From assembly GCA_963742735.1 (NCBI GenBank), contig CAVUMN010000004.1, forward strand, positions 672,001 through 736,000: a DNA stretch of 64,000 nt, in the 5' to 3' direction. Every line of letters starts with the position of its first letter. The stretch's first letter is position 1. The position numbers and the translations under genes were made by a program. Positions 46,902-55,957 of this stretch are shown in pieces. The DNA comes from an uncultured Actinomycetes bacterium. Lineage in GTDB: Bacteria > Actinomycetota > UBA4738 > JBBDTT01. Under the pieces are notes generated by a model, which ran no database searches, was not told the origin of the DNA, and was given only the letters and a program-made list of their open reading frames with translations.

Positions 46902-48428
46902 ATGGGGCTTGGTGAGCACAATCTCGCCGTCCTCGGCGACCGGGCGCACGTCCGGCTGGCCGGAGGAGGCGTGGTCCATTTCGAGGGCCACGCGCTGACC
47001 GGTGACGAGGCCTTCGCGCGAGCCAACCGCCTGGGCGAGGGGTTCCGGCAGCTGGGGATCGCCCCCGGCGATCGCGTCGTGGTCTTCATGGCCAACCGGC
47101 CCGAGGTTGGGATCGTGTACCAGGGCCTGTGGCGGGCCGGCGCGGTCATCACCCCCGCGATCTTCCTGCTCCCGCCTCCGGACCTTCGTCACATCCTGGA
47201 GGACTCCGAGGCGGTGGCCATCGTCACCACGCCGGAGTTCGTCGCGAACGCCCGCGCCGCGGCGGAGGGCGTTCCGTCCATCCGGTGGATCGTCCTGGCG
47301 GAGGAGCCGCAGGAGGGGACCGTCTCGCTGGAGGAGCTCGAGGGCTCGGCCGGCGGCGAGATCGTGCCGCGCGAGGACGCCGACCTGGCCGCGGTCATGT
47401 ACACGGGCGGCACGACCGGTCGCGCCAAGGGCGTGATGCTCTCCCACGAGAACCTCGCCCGCACGGCCGCGGCCGCCCACGAGGCAAGCAACGTTCCCGG
47501 CGTCAACCGGACCCTGGTGCCGATCCCGCTGTCGCACTCCTACGGGCTGATCGTGACGGTGATCGGCCTGCAGGCCACCGAACCGGGCGAGGTGGTCCTG
47601 CTCCGGTGGTTCGAGCCGCAGGCCTGCCTGGCGGCCATCCAGGAGCACGCGCTCCAGCGCGCGACGATGGTTCCGACGATGCTCCAGGTCCTGCTGGACC
47701 AGCCGCTCGAGGACTACGACCTCTCCTCGTTGCGATACGTCACGTCCGGCGCGGCCCCGCTCCCGATGGAGGTCGCGCAGGAGTTCGAGCGCCGCGTCCC
47801 CAACGCGCAGATCCTCGAGGCCTACGGCCTGACCGAGAACGCGGCCGCGCTGACCATCAACCGCCCCGGAAGCCGGCGGCTGGGTTCGGTCGGGCAGGTC
47901 ATCCCTGGTGGCGAGCTGGCGATCCTGGACGAGGACGGGAAGCCGGTTCCGACGGGGGAGACCGGCGAGATCTGCTACCGCGGCTCCGGCGTGATGCTCG
48001 GCTACTGGCGGGCGCCCGACGTGACCGAGGAGACGCTGGCGGACGGCTGGCTGCACACGGGAGACATCGGCCGGCTGGACGACGACGGCTACCTCTACGT
48101 CGTCGATCGCAAGAAGGACCTCATCCTGCGCGGCGGCTTCAACGTATTCCCCCGCGACGTCGAGGACGTGTTGGTGCAGCATCCGGCCGTCGCGATGGCC
48201 GGCGTGGTCGGGCGGCCGGATCCACGGATGGGGGAAGAGGTCGTCGCGTTCGTCTCGCTGCACCCGGGGCACGAGGTTTCGCCGGAGGACGTGATCGCGT
48301 TCGCGAAGGAGCGGCTGGGGAAGTACAAGTACCCACGGGAGGTGCGGGTGGTGTCCGCGATCCCGGTGACCCCGGTGGGCAAGATCGACCGCAAGGTCCT
48401 TCGTGGCCGGGCCGTGGCCGACGAGTAG
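46902..48428 (+). CDS. Acyl-CoA synthetase (AMP-forming, long-chain type)
   Basis: YTGGTTGRAKG, SGAAPL, AYGLTE, GWLHTGDIG, DRKKDLILRGGFN, GKIDRK. Confidence 0.93.
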   Translation: MGLGEHNLAVLGDRAHVRLAGGGVVHFEGHALTGDEAFARANRLGEGFRQLGIAPGDRVVVFMANRPEVGIVYQGLWRAGAVITPAIFLLPPPDLRHILEDSEAVAIVTTPEFVANARAAAEGVPSIRWIVLAEEPQEGTVSLEELEGSAGGEIVPREDADLAAVMYTGGTTGRAKGVMLSHENLARTAAAAHEASNVPGVNRTLVPIPLSHSYGLIVTVIGLQATEPGEVVLLRWFEPQACLAAIQEHALQRATMVPTMLQVLLDQPLEDYDLSSLRYVTSGAAPLPMEVAQEFERRVPNAQILEAYGLTENAAALTINRPGSRRLGSVGQVIPGGELAILDEDGKPVPTGETGEICYRGSGVMLGYWRAPDVTEETLADGWLHTGDIGRLDDDGYLYVVDRKKDLILRGGFNVFPRDVEDVLVQHPAVAMAGVVGRPDPRMGEEVVAFVSLHPGHEVSPEDVIAFAKERLGKYKYPREVRVVSAIPVTPVGKIDRKVLRGRAVADE

Positions 48429-48439
48429 GGGGCGGGCGG

Positions 48440-48907
48440 ATGTATCGGTGGTGGGTGTTCGCGCACGTCGTCGGGGCCTTTCTGTTCGTCGGCGCGCACG
48501 GAGCGTCGGCGTTCGTGTCGTTCCGGATCCGCCGCGAGCGCGACCCGAAGACGATCAGCGCGCTCTTGCAGCTCTCGCTCGCCAGCGTGAAGCTCGCCTA
48601 CCTCGGCCTCCTGGTGCTGATCGTCGCGGGCGTGGTCGCCGGGTTCCAGATCAACGCGTGGAGTCGGGGATGGATCTGGACCGCCATCGCCGTTCTGGTG
48701 GCGACCACCGGGTTCATGTACGCGGTCGGGACGACCTACTACAAGAAGGTGCGCACGGTCACCGAGGCGCTGGTCGGCGGCTCCGAGGCCGTGACGCCCG
48801 AGCAGTACGCGGAGGTCCTGTCCTCCCGGCGGCCGCACCTGCTCGCTGCCGTCGGCCTGGTGGCGCTGCTGGTGATCCTCTGGTTGATGCTGCTCAAACC
48901 CTTCTAG
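48440..48907 (+). CDS. DUF2269-like 4-TM membrane protein
   Basis: WVFAHVVG, GWIWTA, C-terminal LWLMLLKPF. Confidence 0.7.
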   Translation: MYRWWVFAHVVGAFLFVGAHGASAFVSFRIRRERDPKTISALLQLSLASVKLAYLGLLVLIVAGVVAGFQINAWSRGWIWTAIAVLVATTGFMYAVGTTYYKKVRTVTEALVGGSEAVTPEQYAEVLSSRRPHLLAAVGLVALLVILWLMLLKPF

Positions 48908-48917
48908 GGTTGGTCGC

Positions 48918-49970
48918 GTGAGCTACCAGACGATCATCGTGGCCACCGACGGCTCCGAGAGCGCGCTGATCGCCCAGCGCCGCGCCATCGGGCTTGCCCG
49001 CCCGCTGTGGGCGAAGGTCTTCATCGTCACCGCTTTCTCCGAGCCGGGGATCCCGCGCGACGTGGCCGAGGACGTCCTGCGCTACGCCGCCCAGGATGCC
49101 CGGCGCGGCGAGGTCGACGTGAAGACGCTGTTGGTGGAGGGACCTCCCGGCGACGCGCTCCCCACCGCCGCGGCCGACGGGTGGGCCGACCTGGTCGTGG
49201 TCGGGAGCGCCGGGATGGGCAAACCCGCCCGGCTGCGGATGGGGAGCGTCGCGGACCTGGTGGTCCGGGGCGTGCCCTGCGACGTGCTGGTGGTGCGGAC
49301 CACCGGGCCGACCCCGACCGATCCGAGCCGCGGCTATCGCACGATCGTGGCCGGGACGGACGGCTCGCCCACCGCCGGCGAGGCGGCGCGGCGGGCGTTC
49401 GAGCTCGGGGAGATCGTGGGTGCCGGCGTCACGCTCGTGTCGGTGGGCGATCCGCTGCTCTCGGCCATCGCCCTGGAGCGGACCGTCAAGGGCCACCCCG
49501 GAGGATCGGAGCCGACGACGGTGGTCCGGCAGGGTGATCCCGTGGAGGAGATCTGCGCCCTCGCCGCGGAGCGCGGGGCCGACCTGATCGTGGTCGGCAA
49601 CCAGGGCCTCACCGGGGTGAAGGGGCGCGTCCTCGGCTCCGTCCCCGGGGACGTCGCCCACCGGGCGCCGTGCGATGTGCTGATCACCCGGACGGGCGGC
49701 CACAAGCTCGAGGACCTGAAACCCGGCACGGCGTCGGTCGTCGACATGGACGGGCGGAAGGCGGCGGCGTACGTGGACGACGAGGGAACCGCACACGTGC
49801 TGTCCGCGCGATGCCGCCATCTGGGCTGCACCGTCGGGTGGAACGAGGCCGATCGAACCTGGGACTGTCCGTGCCACGGCTCGCGGTACACCTTCGAGGG
49901 AAAGGTCATCCAGGGCCCGGCGACGAAGGACCTGCCCGTGTTCGGAGAGTCCGAAGCCGCCGAGTCGTGA
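48918..49970 (+). CDS. Tandem universal stress protein fused to a Rieske [2Fe-2S] domain
   Basis: Two USP units (IIVATDGS...DLVVVGS.G...GSV; IVAGTDGS...DLIVVGN.G...LGSV), then CRHLGC and WDCPCHGSRY; TAGGGT 7 nt before the GTG. Confidence 0.85.
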   Translation: MSYQTIIVATDGSESALIAQRRAIGLARPLWAKVFIVTAFSEPGIPRDVAEDVLRYAAQDARRGEVDVKTLLVEGPPGDALPTAAADGWADLVVVGSAGMGKPARLRMGSVADLVVRGVPCDVLVVRTTGPTPTDPSRGYRTIVAGTDGSPTAGEAARRAFELGEIVGAGVTLVSVGDPLLSAIALERTVKGHPGGSEPTTVVRQGDPVEEICALAAERGADLIVVGNQGLTGVKGRVLGSVPGDVAHRAPCDVLITRTGGHKLEDLKPGTASVVDMDGRKAAAYVDDEGTAHVLSARCRHLGCTVGWNEADRTWDCPCHGSRYTFEGKVIQGPATKDLPVFGESEAAES

Positions 49971-51502
49971 CCCGCCGCGCCCTCCTCGCCCTGGCGAGCG
50001 CGCTGGCCCTGCTGGCCGTCCCGCCGGCGGTGGCGGCGGAGCCCCGTCCCGACCCCCACACCCAGCCGCTGCTGGACGGGTGCCAGCGCAGCAACACCTT
50101 CACCCTGGCCCGGACCACCCCCGAGTGGGTGTACGTCGACCGAGCCGCGGCGATGGAACAGCTTCTGGCGGGGGATCCGCTGCGCGGGGTGCGTCGCGCG
50201 TCGGGCCGGGTGGTGGAGAGCCGGCCGGCGGGCGAGGACCTGTACATCAGCCACGACTTCCACGACATGAACGTGATGTTCGTCCCGGACGCCCCGTCCG
50301 AGGGGTTGCTCGCTCAGGGACAACAGGTCATCGAGGGCGAGCTCGAGGCCTCGAACATCCCGTTGTGGGCGATGCCCGCGGCGGGAGACCGAGTGGTCAT
50401 GAGCGGGTCGTGGATCTGGGACTGCGGCCACTGGGGGAACTCCGCCGCCGACCCCACCGGGCTGTCTCAGTTCCTGGTGTACGACCCGGTCGAGACGGGT
50501 CAGGACCTGCTGCGGCCCGGAGCCATCCGCGGCGAGCAGACCGAGCTCCACCCCTTCCACGAGCTGGCCACCACCCGGCTCGACGCGGCCGGCCGGCTCG
50601 CGGGCCGCCGGGTGGCGACGGAGCTGTCGAGGCTGGACGTGTGGATCAACGGCGACGGCGGGCCCGCCCTCTCCGAGGAGGACTGCGCGCTCCAGGGCAT
50701 CCCCATGACGGCCTTCACCGAACGGCTCTGCTCGGATGTGCGCGACGTCGGCGGGGACTACCGGTACGTGCTCCCGCTGGGACCTCGTCCGTCGCGCGGC
50801 TCGCGCGTGGTCGTGAACCGCGTCCGGGTCCATTCCGAGACGCACCCGGCCGTCGCGAAGGTCCCGGTGAGTGTGCGGCCCGACGCGGCGCGGGGGCGCG
50901 TGACCGTCTCCTTCTCGCTCCCGCACTCGGCCACGGCGACGCCGTTCGGCGTCACCGTCGAGGCCGGGTGGACGGGAGCGCGCCGTGCGGTCCGGCATCG
51001 GGTGCGCCTGGACTCCATCCACATCTCCGGGGCCCTCGACGGCGACACCGAGCCGAACGCCAATCCGGTCTCGGCTCCCGAGCAGACCCCGGCGCCGGGG
51101 GAGTGGGCGCTCTACGCACAGGTGAGTGGCCGCTGGGCGCGGCTGCCGGTGGCCCGGGTCACCGACGGGCAGACCATCCCGCTCGGCGTCACCTTCGACT
51201 TCTGGCTGCCGCGGGGCGTCCAGCCCACCCTGTTCGTCTCCGGCCACGAGTGCGACGAGCCGATCATCACCTGCTCCGACGAGCGCTACGGCGCCGAGCC
51301 CACGGAGGTGTCCACCGAGCTCGGGTTCAACGACCGACCCGGCCGCATCGAGCTGATGAACGCGGGCGTTCCGCTCACCCTCGGCACCGCCACGTATGCG
51401 CCCATGACCAACCCCGCCGGCGCCGGCAACGAGGACCTCTCCGACGCCACCTGCGGCCCCAACGGCTGCTACCAGCTCAAGGTCACCTGGCAACGGGGGT
51501 AG
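49967..51502 (+). CDS. Secreted hypothetical protein
   Basis: GTG overlaps the upstream TGA; signal peptide TRRALL...AVA; SHDFHD, GSWIWDCGHW, TELHP; several Cys. Confidence 0.65.
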   Translation: MTRRALLALASALALLAVPPAVAAEPRPDPHTQPLLDGCQRSNTFTLARTTPEWVYVDRAAAMEQLLAGDPLRGVRRASGRVVESRPAGEDLYISHDFHDMNVMFVPDAPSEGLLAQGQQVIEGELEASNIPLWAMPAAGDRVVMSGSWIWDCGHWGNSAADPTGLSQFLVYDPVETGQDLLRPGAIRGEQTELHPFHELATTRLDAAGRLAGRRVATELSRLDVWINGDGGPALSEEDCALQGIPMTAFTERLCSDVRDVGGDYRYVLPLGPRPSRGSRVVVNRVRVHSETHPAVAKVPVSVRPDAARGRVTVSFSLPHSATATPFGVTVEAGWTGARRAVRHRVRLDSIHISGALDGDTEPNANPVSAPEQTPAPGEWALYAQVSGRWARLPVARVTDGQTIPLGVTFDFWLPRGVQPTLFVSGHECDEPIITCSDERYGAEPTEVSTELGFNDRPGRIELMNAGVPLTLGTATYAPMTNPAGAGNEDLSDATCGPNGCYQLKVTWQRG

Positions 51503-51513
51503 GCTTCCGCGCC

Positions 51514-52671
51514 GTGGACGTCACCGAGCGGACCGAGATCGAGCGGCGGTACCAGAGCGGCGAGAACGTGTGGCCCGTCGGCTTCGAGGACTGGCAGGGT
51601 GAGGCGGAGCGCATCCTGGATGCGCGGGCGTTCGACTACGTGGCGGGCGGGGCCGGGACCGAGTCCACGATGCGCGCGAACCGCGAGGCGTTCTACCGGT
51701 GGCGGCTGCGGCCGCGGATGCTCTCGGGCAACGCCGAGCGCGACCTGTCGGTGGAGGTCCTGGGGTTGCGAGCCCCGTCGCCCTTCCTGCTGGCGCCGGT
51801 GGGCGTTCTGTCGATCGTCCACCCCGAGGGCGAGCTCGCGGTGTGCCGCGCCGCCCGGGCCACGGGCGTGCCGTACTGCGTGAGCACCGCCGCGTCGCAC
51901 TCCATGGAGGAGATGGCCGAGGCGATGGGGCCCGACCACCCGAAGTGGTACCAGTTCTACTGGCCGCGGGACCGGGAGGTGGCGGCGTCGTTCCTCGACC
52001 GCGCGGCCGCCGCCGGCTACGGCGCCATCGCCCTGACCGTCGACACGCTCACCGTCGGGTGGCGAGACCGCGACGTTCGCAACGGCTGGTACCTGCCGTT
52101 CCTGGAGGGTGAAGGGATCGGCCAGTACACGGCGGACCCGGCGTTCACCTCGAAGCTCGCCGTCTCGGCCGACCAGGACAAGGCGGCGGCCGGCGCGACG
52201 ATGGCCGGCATGTTCTCGAACCTGGCGCTCAACTGGGACGACCTCACGTGGCTCAAGGAGCGGACGGAGCTGCCGGTGCTGTTGAAGGGCATCCTCACGT
52301 CCGAGGACGCGCTCCGGGCCCGGGACGCCGGCATCGACGGCATCGTCGTCTCGAACCACGGCGGGCGGCAGGTCGACGGGTCGGTCGGCGCCCTCGACGC
52401 GCTGGTCGAGGTTCGCGACGCGGTCGGCCCGGACTACCCGATCGTGATGGACAGCGGCGTGCGCCGCGCCTCGGACGTCCTCAAGGCGCTGGCCCTCGGG
52501 GCCGACATCGTCCAGATCGGCCGGCCCTACGTGTGGGCCCTGGGCGTGGGCGGGCAGGGGGGCGTCGAGCACTTCCTGCGGACGCTCATGGGCGAGATCG
52601 ACGTGACGGCCGCGCTCATCGGCATCCGTCAGACGGCCGACCTGGGGCGATCTTCGGTCGCGTACGTCTGA
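51514..52671 (+). CDS. FMN-dependent alpha-hydroxy acid oxidase (lactate 2-monooxygenase-like)
   Basis: DYVAGGAG.E, LRPRML, APVG, TVD, LLKGI, VSNHGGRQVD, DSGVRR, GRPYV. Confidence 0.93.
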   Translation: MDVTERTEIERRYQSGENVWPVGFEDWQGEAERILDARAFDYVAGGAGTESTMRANREAFYRWRLRPRMLSGNAERDLSVEVLGLRAPSPFLLAPVGVLSIVHPEGELAVCRAARATGVPYCVSTAASHSMEEMAEAMGPDHPKWYQFYWPRDREVAASFLDRAAAAGYGAIALTVDTLTVGWRDRDVRNGWYLPFLEGEGIGQYTADPAFTSKLAVSADQDKAAAGATMAGMFSNLALNWDDLTWLKERTELPVLLKGILTSEDALRARDAGIDGIVVSNHGGRQVDGSVGALDALVEVRDAVGPDYPIVMDSGVRRASDVLKALALGADIVQIGRPYVWALGVGGQGGVEHFLRTLMGEIDVTAALIGIRQTADLGRSSVAYV

Positions 52672-52711
52672 GCGCACCCGGGCCGGGATTCGTGTAGAAC
52701 GAGGCCCAGCC

Positions 52712-55700
52712 GTGATCCGCAAGCCCGCCCGCATCGTCGTCGTCAGCGCCCTGGCGCTTTCGCTCGCGCTGCCCTCGGCGCCCGCGCCGGCCGCCACCGG
52801 GACGGCCTTCCCGGCGCTCCACGCAACGCTTCGGGCCACGCCCGAGGAGGTTCGGCCGGGCGAGCCGGTGACGATCCGCGGCTCCGTCGCGAGGATCGAC
52901 ACCGCCACGGGGCGAGCGATCCGCGGGGTGCCGGCAACCTACGGGCTCCGGGTCGAGGGCCCGGGAGGCGCCCCGCTCGCCGAGCTCGGGCCGTTCACGG
53001 CCGGCCCGAAGGGGGAGGTCGCCGAAACCGTCCCGGGCGCGGTGACGCACGGGGTGACGGAGACGTCCACGCTGGCCGTGCGGCTCGTCGGCGCCCGGTT
53101 CGGCGCGGTGGCCGTGGCCGACGCCGGGGCGGCCGGCGTCTCCGTGTCGGTGCCGCCCACGACGCTCGAGCTCGAGAACCGCTTCGTGTCCTCGGTCGGC
53201 TGGGTGAAGCCGGGGGAGAGCTATCCGTTCCGGATCCTGGTGCGCAACCACACCTGGAGTCCCCGATACCGCGCCGTGGTACGAGTCCGCCCCGCGCGGG
53301 GGATGCGCTTCGTTCGCGCGGCCCCGGCGGGCCGGGCCGGGAGCGCCGCGATCGAGGGCGGCGAGATCGTGTGGCGGATCGGGAAGGTCCGGGCCCGCAC
53401 CGACGCGGGGGCCTCGGTGACCTCGCTCATCGCTCTGGCCCGGGCCGACTCGCTCCGCCAGGACCCGAAGATCTCGTGGCGCGATCTGTCGACCACCGCA
53501 ACCCTCACGTACCGGTACGGGCCCAAGCCGGGGATCTCCGACCGGAGCCACGGGCCGAAGGTCGTGCCGCCGGGCGGCGCGTACGAGACCGCCCGCTACG
53601 GGGACCGCCCCTTCCCGGTCGTCCCGGTCGACTACTTCGACCGCGCGCACGAGCCGGCCCACACCGCGGAGGGCCTCGCCGCGATCATCAACTCCGAGGA
53701 CATCGAGGGCTCGACCTTCAACCTGTACCAGGAGATGTCCTACGGGCAGCTCTTCCCCCACGCCACCATCCCGTCGGCCGGCGTCGGAACGGCGAGCTTC
53801 GACGTGGCGTGGAAGAGCGATCGCTACCGGGAGAGCGGGTTCCAGTTCACGGAGCTCGCGCCGGCCGGGACGTGCCACGGCGTGAGCGCGTCGGCCCTCG
53901 TCGCATCCCCCGCCTACGAGGAGCGGATCGTCGACGGCTGGTACCGCCTGCCGGGCACCACGGACTACTACGGCGACGACCGCTTCGGGTTCGCCGCGGT
54001 GGGCCAGATCGCCGGCAACGCCCTGCTCGCGGACATCGACGGCGCGTGCGGGCCCGCGGCGAAGGCGGTCTACGACGCCGCGCACATCGCCGATCCCGAC
54101 ATCGACTACTCGGACTTCGACACGGACAAGGACGGCGTCGTCGACTTCTTCATGATGGTCTTCGCCGGCGTCGGCGGGAACGGCGGCTCGCAGACCACCG
54201 TGCCGCCCTACGACAACATCTGGCCGCACTCGTTCAGCCTGGAGTTCGCGTACAGCGACCCGGAGACCGGCCTGGCCGGCTACATCACCGACGACCAGCT
54301 CCGGGACCTCGAGGATCACCCGCTCTACTACACCAACGCGTCCCGCACGGTCATGACGCGCAAACGCACCGCGTTCCCCGTCTACGTCCGGGTGGGGCCG
54401 TACAACGTGAACCCCGAGACCGCCGTCGAGAAGGCCAGCGTGATCTCCCACGAGTACGGGCACTCGCTCGGCCTGCCGGACTTCTACTCGAACGCCCGGA
54501 GCGACTACGGCGACTTCAACCTGATGGCCACCGACAAGAGCCAGAACATGGACGTGTTCGCCAAGCAGGAGCTCGGGTGGCTGATCCCCCGAGTGCTGCG
54601 GCGGGGGGAGTACACGATCCAGGACTGGCGGGACTCGAAGGTCAACTCCCACCGGATCCACTGGCGGACGCCGGACGGCACCCCGTACGTCCTGAAGGGG
54701 GGGAACGTCCGCAACGGGACGGCGTTCGCCGTGAAGCTTCCCGCGCGGCGGCTCCTGGATCTGGAGAAGATCAAGCAGGGGGCCTCCCCGAGCCACGTCT
54801 GGTGGTCGACGTCGGGGAACAACTACGGGTGCCCGCCGGGGGGCGGGCGGAACCTCGACGTGTTCCTGCCCGAGCTCGAGAAGCTGCCGGCGGGCACGCC
54901 CGTGACCCTGACGTTCAACCACTACTGGGACGTCGAGTGGGACTTCGACTACGGGTTCGTGCTGATGACCGGAGACAACGGCCAGTCCTACGACTCCGTC
55001 CCCTCGGAGAACGGCTACACGACCGAGGCCTCGTTCAACCCGCAGTCGATCCCGTGCCAGACGCTGTACGGGAACGGGATCACCGGCACGAGCGGGTCGT
55101 TCGAGGCGGGGACGGAGACCCTCGACCGTACGAACGGCGACTACCCGGACGGCCCCTTCCTGGCCGACCAGTACGACCTGAGCGCCTACGCGGGGAGCCC
55201 GGCGGTCCTGCGGTTCGCGTACTCATCGGACGGCGGCGTGGCCCACCCCGGCTGGTTCATCGACGACGTCAAGGTCACCGCGACGGTCGACGGGCAGGAG
55301 CGCATCATCTACACCTCGAACTTCGAGCGCGGGCGCGACGAGGCCCGGCTGTTCAACGGCGGGTGCAAGGGGGCCATCGCCACCGCGGCCGTCTGCACCA
55401 AGCCGTGGCTCTACGTGCAGGGCGACGGCGCCTCACCCTTCGACCACGCCTACTACCTGGAGATGCGAGACCGGTCGGGCTTCGACATGGACGGGCAGAA
55501 CCAGAACGACCGAGAGCCGATCGCGTTCGAGCCCGGGCTCCTCATGTCGTACACCGACGAGACGCACGGGTACGGCAACAACGGGACGGACGACCCGCCG
55601 GCCCAGTCTCCGATCGACGCGCAGCCGGAGGCCGGGAACAACAGCCCGAACCTGAACGACGCGACGTTCAACGTCGACGAGACGTTCTCGGACTTCGGCG

Positions 55701-55957
55701 ACGGGTACACGAACAGCTACCAGGACGACGCCTCGGACGACGGCAACTGGCACTTCGCGTACAACTGTCTCGCGCTGCGCGTGGTCCGCATGGCCGGGAC
55801 CGACGTGGGCCCGGACGTCAGTCCCGGGAACCTGATCGGCGACGTCCACTTCAGGATCGGCGGCGGCTGCGCGAAGTGGGATTACGGCTACGGCCTGTCG
55901 GTCACCGCCGGCGCCGGCCGCGCGGCGGCATTCCGGCCGCCCCAGCACCGTCCGTAG
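52712..55957 (+). CDS. Secreted M6 / immune inhibitor A-like metalloprotease
   Basis: Signal peptide; DFDTDKDGVVD, IWPH, zinc motif HEYGHSLGLPD with downstream LM turn, WDVEWDFDYG, GWFIDDV, YYLEMR. Confidence 0.88.
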   Translation: MIRKPARIVVVSALALSLALPSAPAPAATGTAFPALHATLRATPEEVRPGEPVTIRGSVARIDTATGRAIRGVPATYGLRVEGPGGAPLAELGPFTAGPKGEVAETVPGAVTHGVTETSTLAVRLVGARFGAVAVADAGAAGVSVSVPPTTLELENRFVSSVGWVKPGESYPFRILVRNHTWSPRYRAVVRVRPARGMRFVRAAPAGRAGSAAIEGGEIVWRIGKVRARTDAGASVTSLIALARADSLRQDPKISWRDLSTTATLTYRYGPKPGISDRSHGPKVVPPGGAYETARYGDRPFPVVPVDYFDRAHEPAHTAEGLAAIINSEDIEGSTFNLYQEMSYGQLFPHATIPSAGVGTASFDVAWKSDRYRESGFQFTELAPAGTCHGVSASALVASPAYEERIVDGWYRLPGTTDYYGDDRFGFAAVGQIAGNALLADIDGACGPAAKAVYDAAHIADPDIDYSDFDTDKDGVVDFFMMVFAGVGGNGGSQTTVPPYDNIWPHSFSLEFAYSDPETGLAGYITDDQLRDLEDHPLYYTNASRTVMTRKRTAFPVYVRVGPYNVNPETAVEKASVISHEYGHSLGLPDFYSNARSDYGDFNLMATDKSQNMDVFAKQELGWLIPRVLRRGEYTIQDWRDSKVNSHRIHWRTPDGTPYVLKGGNVRNGTAFAVKLPARRLLDLEKIKQGASPSHVWWSTSGNNYGCPPGGGRNLDVFLPELEKLPAGTPVTLTFNHYWDVEWDFDYGFVLMTGDNGQSYDSVPSENGYTTEASFNPQSIPCQTLYGNGITGTSGSFEAGTETLDRTNGDYPDGPFLADQYDLSAYAGSPAVLRFAYSSDGGVAHPGWFIDDVKVTATVDGQERIIYTSNFERGRDEARLFNGGCKGAIATAAVCTKPWLYVQGDGASPFDHAYYLEMRDRSGFDMDGQNQNDREPIAFEPGLLMSYTDETHGYGNNGTDDPPAQSPIDAQPEAGNNSPNLNDATFNVDETFSDFGDGYTNSYQDDASDDGNWHFAYNCLALRVVRMAGTDVGPDVSPGNLIGDVHFRIGGGCAKWDYGYGLSVTAGAGRAAAFRPPQHRP

